Shown: one piece after another, positions 54,165-64,000 of the stretch
Layout of the letters: each line of letters begins with the position of its first letter
How positions within the stretch are numbered: position 1 is the stretch's first letter
DNA from: Eledone cirrhosa
Lineage: Eukaryota
Assembly (NCBI GenBank): GCA_964016885.1
Contig: OZ024745.1
Location: 77,872,001 to 77,936,000, forward strand
DNA: 64,000 nt
Reading direction: 5' to 3'
Made by a program: the position numbers and the translations under genes
The notes under the pieces: model-generated
The model's input: only the letters and a program-made list of their open reading frames with translations
Database searches by the model: none
What the model was told of the DNA's origin: nothing

Positions 54165-57100
54165 TGTATGTATGTATGTATGTATGTATGTATGTATGTA
54201 TGTATGTATGCGTGTATATATGTGTGTATGTATGCATATTCAATTCATTTTCAGGCTCTTGATGTATTGAACACCACATTAACTTATCAAAGGTTACCCA
54301 CTTGGCATGGTGCATTCGTCGCTCAAATAGACTAACTTCCTTTTTGCAGAAATATAAATTGCTTTTCGTGTCTTTCCGTCTTTTGATGTTCTCTAGGGGG
54401 CCACATATATTCCATTTGCTTCGTTTGCTAACTTTACTAGTTTCATTACACTCACAAAATTAAGTAATTCTTTAAAGTAATGTCAAAATCTTAGCTATGT
54501 CCCATGGCATTTGCCACAATCTCTCAACACCCCAACTGTACTGAGAGAACCCTTCAATGGCCAATTCAACACAGCAAAAGATTGCAATAAAATTCAGATG
54601 CTATTTGCAGTCTCAGAATGAAGTATGTTTGCAAATGTTTGAAAAGAGGCAACATGATACTTATTTTCAAAACTAATTCTTGCATTGAATTAATAATTAT
54701 TTTCATGTCTACTAAATTATTTCCTCTTCGTCATTATTCTTTTTATATACAATAAACATTATATTCAATATATACTAGAATCGAATAAATCGATTCTACT
54801 ACAATTTTATGGAAGGTAACTTTCTAGGGCAAAGTTAATTATCTGTAAGAAGACCTATTATTTGCTTTAATTCAGCCAGCATTATTTGAAAATGTTCATT
54901 ACCTACCTGAAAATAACAGTAAACGAATTATTTTAGGAGAATATTCAAGTCAGGTATCATATCAGAGAATTTTCGACATTTACAACTTTCTGAACATCTC
55001 GGGTCTTAAGATAAACCTGAGACATAGTATGTAATTGTAAGATCGCTAACAGATGATTTTATTTGAGAAAACTAGCAATTTGTGGATAAGAAAGAAAAGA
55101 TTGGCGTACGTATAGATTCGTACGATAAAGTAATGCTAATGATCTCCAAATGAAATGCGTGATTGCATATTATTTTTGTACAATTTACTATTGTTAGTTC
55201 AATTTCAGTCGACGTTGTTTTTCCTATCCCAGGAGTCAATATACTATCGACTGTTAACATACTGAAATAAAATCTTCCATTAGAAATATTCAATTTGTCT
55301 CTTGTCGGCAGGTAATTATATTTTCTCATGGTTCAATTTCGTAGTAAAAGTTACTGTAAGAAATTATAAATGAAAACAATCCTCTACACAGTTTCACATT
55401 CTAGAAGAAAGAATGTTGCTAGTTCGCTGTTACACGCGCAAACGATACGATTAAATTGTCTTTGGAATGGTTTCATCTGATCAATGAAATTTTAGTAAAA
55501 CGTTTTCTTTGATTTTGCTGATATTGAACAATATAATTTTAAATCTAGAAAAAAAATGTTCTTCTATTTCCCGTGTATTTATTTCTCTGCGGTGATGACA
55601 ACATACTAGTTTCTTTTCTACGGCATTGAGATCAAGAGTGTGTACTGTAATACAGAGGATGAAAGATAATCCTCCGACTGCAAAATATTTGTTATTAATT
55701 ATTCATTGTAGCTAAATTGTGCTGCGTCGGAATAAATCATGATTAGAGACATAGTAAAATATCTATATCAAATATGAACACATTGTAAAAGAGCTGTTTG
55801 TCTAAACAACGTTATTCTACTTTTCAGTGAGTTTTAAGATGGTAATGTCTGTTAATGAGGACAAGAATATACGTGCGAAAAGAGGAGTAAATGTGTGGGG
55901 GTGATTCAAAGAGAACAAAATATTAAAAGTAATGTTTTCTAAAAGTAATAGACTACATTGCAATGATGAGAGAAAAAGCGAAAATTTGTTTGTTCAACAT
56001 TTTTCAGGGTTGTGTAAGACTTAGCACAAAATATCTGATAATGATAATATCACTATATTTTTTGGTACAAACTGATGTAAAGACCAAATAATGTGACTAC
56101 AATTCTTCATCTTCGTAGACAAGTTACATAAAGGAATATATATATTTGTCTTCATAGATGTTTTAACTCATTCTATCCTAAAATTTGCTCGAAAGCAATT
56201 TGTGATACTAATTGGGTATAAAAGCCTCGGATAAAAGGAATTAAAATGTAGGGTATGAAAACACAGACAGTTCCATTCATAATTGGTTTCTCTGTGAGTA
56301 ATGAAACAAATCAGTAATAAAAACATAATGTGCTAGGGAACGCATAATTACATACGCTGCGAAAAAAGTGCAACTAGATACAGTATACGTCATTTATGAT
56401 ATCTTCTATAAAATGTATACACTGTAGTATTGTAATAATATCAAAAATATATCGTTCCATTGAAAAAAAAGCAAAAAAACCGTAAGTGTACTCAAGTACC
56501 CGAAGTGAATAAAATGTTCAGTTTTAATGATTTAATAAATTATGGGTAATCTTGTATGATCTTTGCTTCTTGGAGCTAAAATTTCTCCTCTTGTTTCTTG
56601 TCCTCTTCCCCCTCCTCATCTTCTTTTGGTATTTATCAATTATATGTTCTCTAGGTGCGTTTTGTACTGGTCCCTTATCTCGTCCACTATCATTGTGTTA
56701 ATTGATTTTGTAACTTTCAGTATTAACATTAAATCGAGCAAGTCTATGTTCCCGTTCTGTACCATCACACATTTTTTTTTTCGTGCAACAGTTTAACACC
56801 GTTTTCCGTTATTTCAGTTTTATATACCAATCGGTATAAAAATAATCAAGCACTAATTTTATTTGGGCGTCTATCTGCTTTTCCTCTATTCAGTGTTATG
56901 TATTCACCAAAAACCTTTTGAGTGGTTTTCTGCTTAACTTTTCATAATTTCTTTTCCGTCTACTATATTTCATCTAAAATTGACGTGTAGACAGAATGCT
57001 CAAAAACAAAATTGCCAGACATATTTGTTCTGATATGCTACATTTGAAATGAATTTACTTTCATCCATCATACATCGCAATTAATAGCTAAATATATAGT

Positions 57101-57413
57101 TTTGTATTTTCTGACATAGACTACGGTATATAGAGCATTGCAACATATTAATTATGAATTACGTATTAAAGAAATTGATCATCTCAGATAAACTGATATA
57201 TTTTTGCAAGATTTGTTTTCGCTCTAATATGGTGGAGACCTAAATGGATTCGTGAAGAAATAATAATAATATTATAAAAATATTATTAATATTCGGTTCG
57301 TTTACAAGCAAATAGCCTCACAATTCCATGTGTGTTTTCTAGATCTAGACGACTGACGTCATCCTTTTGCGTCAGTTGTCTAGAAATCACACATGGTGTT
57401 ATGAGGCTGTTTG

Positions 57414-57464
<51 letters not shown>

Positions 57465-57465
57465 A

Positions 57466-57500
<35 letters not shown>

Positions 57501-57601
57501 ATGTATATAACCGCGCGATCGGGTATCGAGCCCGACTATGTCTATGTCACCGCGCATATAAATACACATACATATGTACATGTGTATATACATATTTACA
57601 C

Positions 57602-57937
57602 ATTTTTGGATGGCCATTAAATCTTATGAGTTCTTCCGCCCTTTGTCAGGTTTTGTTTGTTGTCCTACAGGGCATTCTTCTAGGAGAAGGCAACTGAGGA
57701 AACTGGGATAACTCCGACATAAAACCTGCGGCTCAGTAGTTACCGACGATGTTGATCTTTTCTTCTTTTCGGGTTATAGCTACTGTCACTCAGAGAGTGG
57801 GATTGGCTCAGTGCACAGTCTTTCTTCACTTTAAAAATAACTTTGCGCACAGGCATTACAGGATAGAATTAATTAATGATTATTAATAATGGTATATCGT
57901 GCAAGGGTCATACTCGATAACGAGGGGGCAGCCATCA
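57602..57937 (+). mobile_element. Related bipartite RTE derivative with an inverted 5' segment
   Basis: 57602-57671 matches 11431-11498 in antisense. 57672-57937 is sense (TAGGAGAAGG..GAGAGTGGGATTGGCTCAGTGCA..TACTCGATAACGAGGGGGCAGCCATCA). Confidence 0.65.
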
Positions 57938-57980
<43 letters not shown>

Positions 57981-57986
<6 letters not shown>

Positions 57987-58335
57987 AAGTAAGTCCTTCA
58001 TCAGTGACCCTCCAACCGTCCCAGGCATTTCATCGCTTTAAGGGCCATATGCCTCAGGTTGGTGCGAACAACGGCTAAAAAAAGTCGTTGGGACACGTAA
58101 ATAAAGGGGACGTTAGGGTGAACAAACAAAATGGTTTAAGCAACAGAAAGTGAGAAGAAAGAGACAAGTCCCAGATTTCTATGAATATAAACTCGGTGAA
58201 ATCGTGAACAAGAGACAAAAGACCATCAAACCTGGTTGAAATGTGAGCAAGGAAGGAATTTCGCACAGGTCTAACGGGGGGAAGAAGAAGGGGTCTGGTC
58301 TGCGAATTCGGTAAACATAAGTTCTGTGAAGTCGC

Positions 58336-58381
<46 letters not shown>

Positions 58382-58888
58382 AAAATTTCATACCGGCTTG
58401 GCCAAGAACGCGCGAGAAAAGAAATCGGACAGGTCAAGCGGGAAGAAAGAGGAGGAAAGAGGAGGAGGAGGAGAGGTAGTGACAGAGAAGGAGTGAGTGA
58501 AAGTTGAGGAAGAGGCTAACAGAGAGAGAGACTGCTAGAAAGGGTAAAGATACAAAGAACGAAACAGACGGGTGGCAGCAAAGGAAAAAATATGTGTAAA
58601 TATGATAATAATGGAGCTGCGCGTTGCAAATGGGTTACATATGAAAAAGTAAGTCCTTCATCAGTGACCCTCCAACCGTCCCAGGCATTTCATCGCTTTA
58701 AGGGCCATATGCCTCAGGTTGGTGCGAACAACGGCTAAAAAAAGTCGTTGGGACACGTAAATAAAGGGGACGTTAGGGTGAACAAACAAAATGGTTTAAG
58801 CAACAGAAAGTGAGAAGAAAGAGACAAGTCCCAGATTTCTATGAATATAAAATCGGTGAAATCGTGAACAAGAGACAAAAGACCATCA
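57981..58888 (-). mobile_element. Family V: 660-bp monomer in partial tandem between (TA)n tracts, degenerate hammerhead-like motif
   Basis: 57981-58228 equals 58641-58888. Minus-strand CCAAC-CTGAGGC..GAAA..GGTTGG at 58012-58062 and 58672-58722. Confidence 0.8.
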
Positions 58889-58902
58889 TATATATATATA
58901 TA

Positions 58903-59045
58903 TAACGAAGGAAATGTGGTACGGAACCAGATGGACCATAACGTACCAAAGTACTCAATACTTAGGGTAGTAGAGTGGGTAAAAGGAACGAGTAGGACCC
59001 CGACGGCTGAGTTCTAACCGTTTCGACGGCTAATTCTGGACTAAA
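58903..59045 (-). mobile_element. Family T 3' fragment abutting (TA)n
   Basis: Reverse-complement homologue of 42014-42156. Confidence 0.75.
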
Positions 59046-59134
59046 GACTTTCTGTATATTTCTAGAAGGCAATTATTTTCGATTTAAATTAACTGCTACG
59101 AGATTCATATTGCCATTAGGAAGACTCTATTTTC

Positions 59135-59171
<37 letters not shown>

Positions 59172-59238
59172 ATATGAATCTCGTAGCAGTTAATTTAAAT
59201 CGAAAACAATTGCCTTCTAGAAATATACAGAAAGTCTT
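59044..59238. repeat. 72-bp inverted duplication around a spacer containing (TA)n
   Basis: 59044-59115 is the reverse complement of 59167-59238 (one mismatch). Confidence 0.9.
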
Positions 59239-59249
59239 CTTTTAGTAAG

Positions 59250-59436
59250 TTATAATTGTTTCTACTTTTTGGCACAAGGCCAGCAATTACCCAGTGCATT
59301 ACTGGTACTTTATTTTATCGACCCCGTAAGGATGAAAGGCAAAGTTAATCTCGGCGGGATTCGAACTCAGAATGGCAAGGACCGTAACTCTATGCCTCAA
59401 AGCATGGCGTCTGACCCTCTACCGATACTGCCAATA
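59250..59436 (-). mobile_element. Near full-length SINE, main family
   Basis: Minus strand TTGGCAGTATCGGTAGAGGGTCAGAC (A box)..CTGAGTTCGAATCCCGCCGAG (B box)..GCCTTTCATCCTTACGGGGTCGATAAAAT..AGAAACAATTATA. Confidence 0.8.
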
Positions 59437-60269
59437 AGTTATAATGACTATAGGAATGACTAAGCATAAACGTATTGATTTTCCACACAGGCACAAGGAT
59501 TGGTATAGTTGGGTGAAGGAGGAAATAAGGAAATATAATAGATAACACCATTCTATAATAATTGTATTATATAACGGCAATCCGATCAATTACCTACAAT
59601 CTATAAAGGATGCTGAATATATGAAAATCTGTAAATATACGGCGCTTTTTTTCCGTTTGACTCGTTTCTCTTAACTTTTGTTTTCTCTACAGCACTAACA
59701 ATGCTGTAAGATTATTTGCTAGAAAAAGAGTTTAATCATCTTGCAAGCATAAAAACATATTCTGTATGGAGAAACCAGATTAGTGGGAAGTATACTCTTC
59801 TTTTCTGGATATTAAATCTAGCAACTGTTCATGCCAATAAAGAAGCATACACATATATAAGTGCATGTACGTAGGTGTTGTTTGGTTAAATACATCGTCA
59901 CGCCATCTTGCAAGTGTCACTATTAGGCTTTCAATTATTTTAAGGTTTATTAAGTAGTACTAAATTTGGCCACAAGGCTTAAGGACAATTTCCTCAAGGA
60001 AGTTTAATAGACGACAGAATCGACTCAATACATTACTTGTGTCTATATTATCAACCCCCATTGAGATGGATGGTAAATTCTCAACTGAAAATACACAGTT
60101 GTGATTGTAAATATTCTAAAATGAATAATTAATTTATTCCTCATATTAAATGCAATGAAATATAAAAAACTTTTTTAACATTCCCATGAAAACACATTTT
60201 CTACTTGCTACGTAGATTTTTAATTAAATCAGCCATCTAAATCCACGAAAATGATCACGTCAATAAATC

Positions 60270-61240
60270 ATCACTTCTATTATCATTGATAACAGGAAAA
60301 GGTGGCATCCACACCAACTTCTACAGGAAGTTCATTATAAATCGGCCATCCCCCTTGGTGCCAAGTCCGGATGCATAAGGAATGAACTTACACATACCCG
60401 GAGTAAATGCAGCAAGACGAAGGACAAAGATACGTACATCACACATTTATTGGGAGTACTGAAGTTAAACGGGTACCCGACATCCGCCAAAACCTGCTTC
60501 CCGAAGCTACCACACTTCAGTGATGGTAAAACCACGGCAATCCGCAAAGCCATCATCAGAGAGGGGCAAGATCTGCAACTAGCCCACTCAGGCACTCCGC
60601 TGCGCAGACAACTAACTAGGAGATGGCTCAGAGACCACAACGGATATCGCACGCTAGCTAACTACTACATTAGTGACACAGACATATAGCAGCAGCTATA
60701 CGTTGAGTACCGAATCTAGTGCAGAACATGTGCCTATATAGACAGCACAACACAACAATTACACATTAGAATCAAAGAACACCTCAATGCAAATGCTTCC
60801 TCATTCAAAAAACACATAGAGAAATATAAAAACATCGCAGTTTCGATAGAAGCCAGAGACAGAAATCTAAGAATAAAAGAAAATGTAATCATAACCAAAA
60901 CACACTCGTGGATCCATGATAGATTATAATTAGGCACGCAATACTTAACATAGAAGACTACACACACAACCATGGAAAGATAAAGCTAACCTCGGCGGGA
61001 TTTGAATGCAACGGGCCGTAACTCTATGCCGTGAAGCAGGATGTCCAAATTTCTACCAATACTTCCGATCCACCGCCGAAATATAATAAAACATTGGCCT
61101 TTATACTTCACCATAAAGGTGCAAGTGAGTGAGTGCTGAAGAACTGCCACGACAGTAAAATGCAAGCAACCACTGCTCTTACCCAGATGTTGAAGTAGCT
61201 GTAACATACTCACGGTTTAAAGTACTCACAGCGAGGTAAA
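60270..61240 (+). mobile_element. Decayed Penelope-like element related to 30138-31453
   Basis: GIHTNFYRK, LKLNGYP, KLPHFSDGKTTAIRKAIIREG.DLQLAHSG, YIDSTTQQLHIRIKEH..ASSFKKHI, LRIKE. Degenerate hammerhead CTGAAGA-ACTG..CAGT-AAAA at 61133-61170. Interrupted by a SINE piece. Confidence 0.8.
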
Positions 61241-61749
61241 TGTATAATTATTATACATCCATAGTGTGTGTATATGGTGCTAATGAAAACATGACACGAT
61301 ATTACTATTTTTCTCGTAACGATGAAGATTTTTACTTATCGAAGAAACTTAAAACAATATCTAAGAAAATATATAGTGCCTGTATCATGGTAATTCCTCT
61401 AAATGCCGGTATGTCACTCAAACATACAGCACAGTCAAATAAACCAAAGCAATTATGAAATAATCATATTTAACTTTATTTCCCTTATTAACTAATACGA
61501 TTGTGGTATCTGGAACCGCATGCATCGAAGGTCTCTCCTCTGTCAGTCGTGAATTACTTCGTTGTCCAGTAGTCGCAGGGTTCAGCAATCATGTCCCACC
61601 TTCTTTATTTCAACATTTAATGACATATGCAAAACTGCACTCTCCTTTGTCACTGCACACTTCATGTCAACACATCATCTAAAGAGGTAAACTTTGATAA
61701 CATTATGGAATATGTACAGAAACGCTCTCTTAAATTCTCCACCACACTT

Positions 61750-64000
61750 GTAAGCACCCCCTTCTTTCTCTCTTGTCTTCTGACGCATCTATATCTGATG
61801 TAGGTGAGCTATGAGGCACTCTTACCAGAACTTTCCCTTCCATCCACACACGCCAGCCACTCACCCCTGATGCCGCTTGGTGCCCAGCCCCGGCCCCACG
61901 CCCCATCCCCCATCCCCCCAAACCGACACCTGAAGCACCACTAACAGACGAAAGAGAGGGGCCGGAACTGTTTGGGGTGCGGCTGTTTCCACCACCTCAC
62001 GTCGAGCTTCCAGTGCCCTCGCAGCGTGGTGATGCAGGAACTACCGCTTCCCCTCGTCTGCCCAGCCACGGCCGTCTGGCACACCATGAGATGAGACAGC
62101 GAGCTTGCCTGACGCCCAAGCGTTGCTGGTCAACATCGCTTGGCTCAGGCGGATCCGCAAGATCCCACTCAGGATCCCGAGAGCGGCTCGGGTGCCGGTA
62201 GCTGATGCCCTCGCTTCCTCGATTGAGAGCGCCCTGGACTCCAATCGAGCCAGCGACTGGGAGCGACTCTTTTATTTCGTCCACTCGCCTTCGGTCTCCC
62301 CAGCTCTGGTGCTGACCGGGGCGGCCGGTCGACAGCAGCCTTCGTCAATGCCATTGTTTCGTCCTTTGCGCAAGCGCCAATTCTAAGCGTGCCTAGGGAC
62401 GCCGCACACTCCACCCTCGGGTACCCCCAATGGTCCACCCCTGAGGCCAGCGCCAAGCGTTTGCGTGACCGCGTAAATGCTAAACTAATCATGCGTGATG
62501 TCACGGCCGCAGTCAGAGTGGTTGCCTCTGAGGACACTGTCCTCCAACCCACAGAGGAGGAACTGGCTGCCATGTGACTCAAGAACCCTGATCCACCCGC
62601 TGATCTCAGACCCATACCCTGACCCGACCCCAACACTGCTCCTTGTGGCTTCCGACGCAGACATCATGTCTGCCATCAAGTTCTTCCCAGCTAGCAGCAA
62701 CGGAGGTGCTGATGGTCTCCGTCCAGGCCACCTCAAGGAGTTGTTATCCCCCCTATCCGCTGAGGCCGGGCGCCGCCTTCTGAGTGCAATTGTGGCGCTC
62801 AGCAACAGGCTCATCCATGGCATCCTGGGCCCTCACGCCCGAGGCCTCTTTTTTTCGGCTAGCCTCACTGCTCTCAGGAAGACAGAGGGTGGTATACGCC
62901 CCATCGCTGTGGGCAATGTCTTCCGAAGGCTGGCTGCCAAGGTGATCTGCAGGTCCATAACACCCGAACTGGGTGAGGAGTTCAGTCCGGTACAACTGGG
63001 TGTCGGCGTGTCCGGTGGCTGTGAGGGGGCCACTCATGCAACCAGGCAGATCTTCAACAGCTGCCCACCCGAACCAGCATCCAGGAACTCCAGGCACCTC
63101 AGTGTCAAGCTTGACATGTGGAATGCCTTCAACTGCCTACGCTGGGACCATTTGCTCGATGCCTGCCTGAGCCGCGCCCCCTCTGCCTACACGTTGGCCT
63201 ACCTGACGTATGGAGCCCCGAGCAGGCTCCTTACTGCTGATACGGTCATACCTTCGGCCACTGGGGTCCAACAGGGCGACTCTTTGGGACCCCTCCTGTT
63301 TGCCCTTGGTATAGACCACATCGCCCGGAGTATCACTGCCCCTTTCAACGTTTGGTATCTGGATGATGCTACGTTGGGCGGGCCCGTACAGAATGTCTGC
63401 CATGACCTACAATCGGTGGTTCCTGCTCTGGCGGGACTCGGTCTACAGGTCAACTCGGCCAAGTCGGAAGTGGTGAATGTCAGCCACTATGCTAAGAGCT
63501 TTGCAGACTCCATCTCGGACGTGCGGTCCATCCTCCACCAGGTACAGGTAACCCACAAAGAGGATGTCCTCATCCTCGTGTCACCGATCTACCCGCAGGC
63601 CATCCGCTCCACCATCAGGTCCAGGCTCCAAAACCTCCAGACTCTCACGAGCCGACTGGGCTTGATCGACGGCCACCCAACGCTCTTTCTATTGAGGAAC
63701 TGCTTCGCCAAGCCGAAGCTCCTCTACACCCTTCGCAGCGCTCGGTTTTACACCCACACATCTCTCCTCGCTGACCTCGATACTTGTATCCGAGCAGCAG
63801 CCGAGGAGATATACAACGTCAAGTTTGACGACATTGGATGGTAACAGGCCACTTTACCTGTCAGGTATGGCGGCCTTGGCCTCCGGTCCCCGATATCGTT
63901 GGCTTTTCCGGCGTATCTTTCGTCGGTAACTCGTGCCGCGTCCTCGTCAGCAGGGTTCTTCAAAACACAACAGAACCCTCTGTGTTCAGAGAACGTGAGT
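61750..64000 (+). mobile_element. CRE-like non-LTR retrotransposon (5' region and RT), continuing beyond the window
   Basis: Abrupt GC-rich block; frameshifted N-terminal RIPRAARVPVADAL..DWERLF; RT ORF; W*QATLPVRYGGLGLR after the stop. 5' boundary approximate. Confidence 0.8.
62495..63844 (+). pseudogene. Reverse transcriptase of the CRE-like element (disrupted reading frame)
   Basis: GGADGLRPGHLK, LRKTEGGIRPIAVGNVFRRLAAK, QLGVGVSGGCEG, KLDMWNAFN, GVQQGDSLGPLLF, WYLDDATLGG, GLQVNSAKSE. Frameshift near 62580 and premature stop at 63842. Confidence 0.85.

Overview
AT-rich, microsatellite-dense eukaryotic DNA with no host gene I can support. The SINE families and repeat make-up resemble octopod cephalopod DNA; this is inference from recalled repeat motifs. 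The window is a mosaic of transposable elements. Non-LTR retrotransposons: RTE fragments and bipartite RTE derivatives with (TATG)n tails, a (CATA)n-embedded R4/Dong-type RLE element with a long open ORF, a (TAA)n-embedded Dong fragment, a Tx1/L1 fragment, and a GC-rich CRE-like element running off the right end. Also present are two Penelope-like (GIY-YIG) fragments, tRNA-type SINEs, a Helitron-type element and two CAG-ended MITEs with 6-bp TSDs. Most ORFs in the supplied track are microsatellite artefacts. Two observations stand out. (1) About eight apparently unrelated non-coding families (monomer about 520-660 bp where measurable) sit in (TA)n tracts as partial tandems or fold-backs. Most carry a type I hammerhead ribozyme motif with a palindromic stem III: intact at 9.8, 29.1/29.9, 40.2 and 47.1/47.6 kb, degenerate elsewhere. 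This suggests a Penelope-mobilised, retrozyme-like system. (2) One arm of such a fold-back (4477-4742) carries about 38 A-to-G changes with ADAR-like neighbour bias, apparently A-to-I hyperediting fixed in the genome. All alignments and RNA folds were done by eye.
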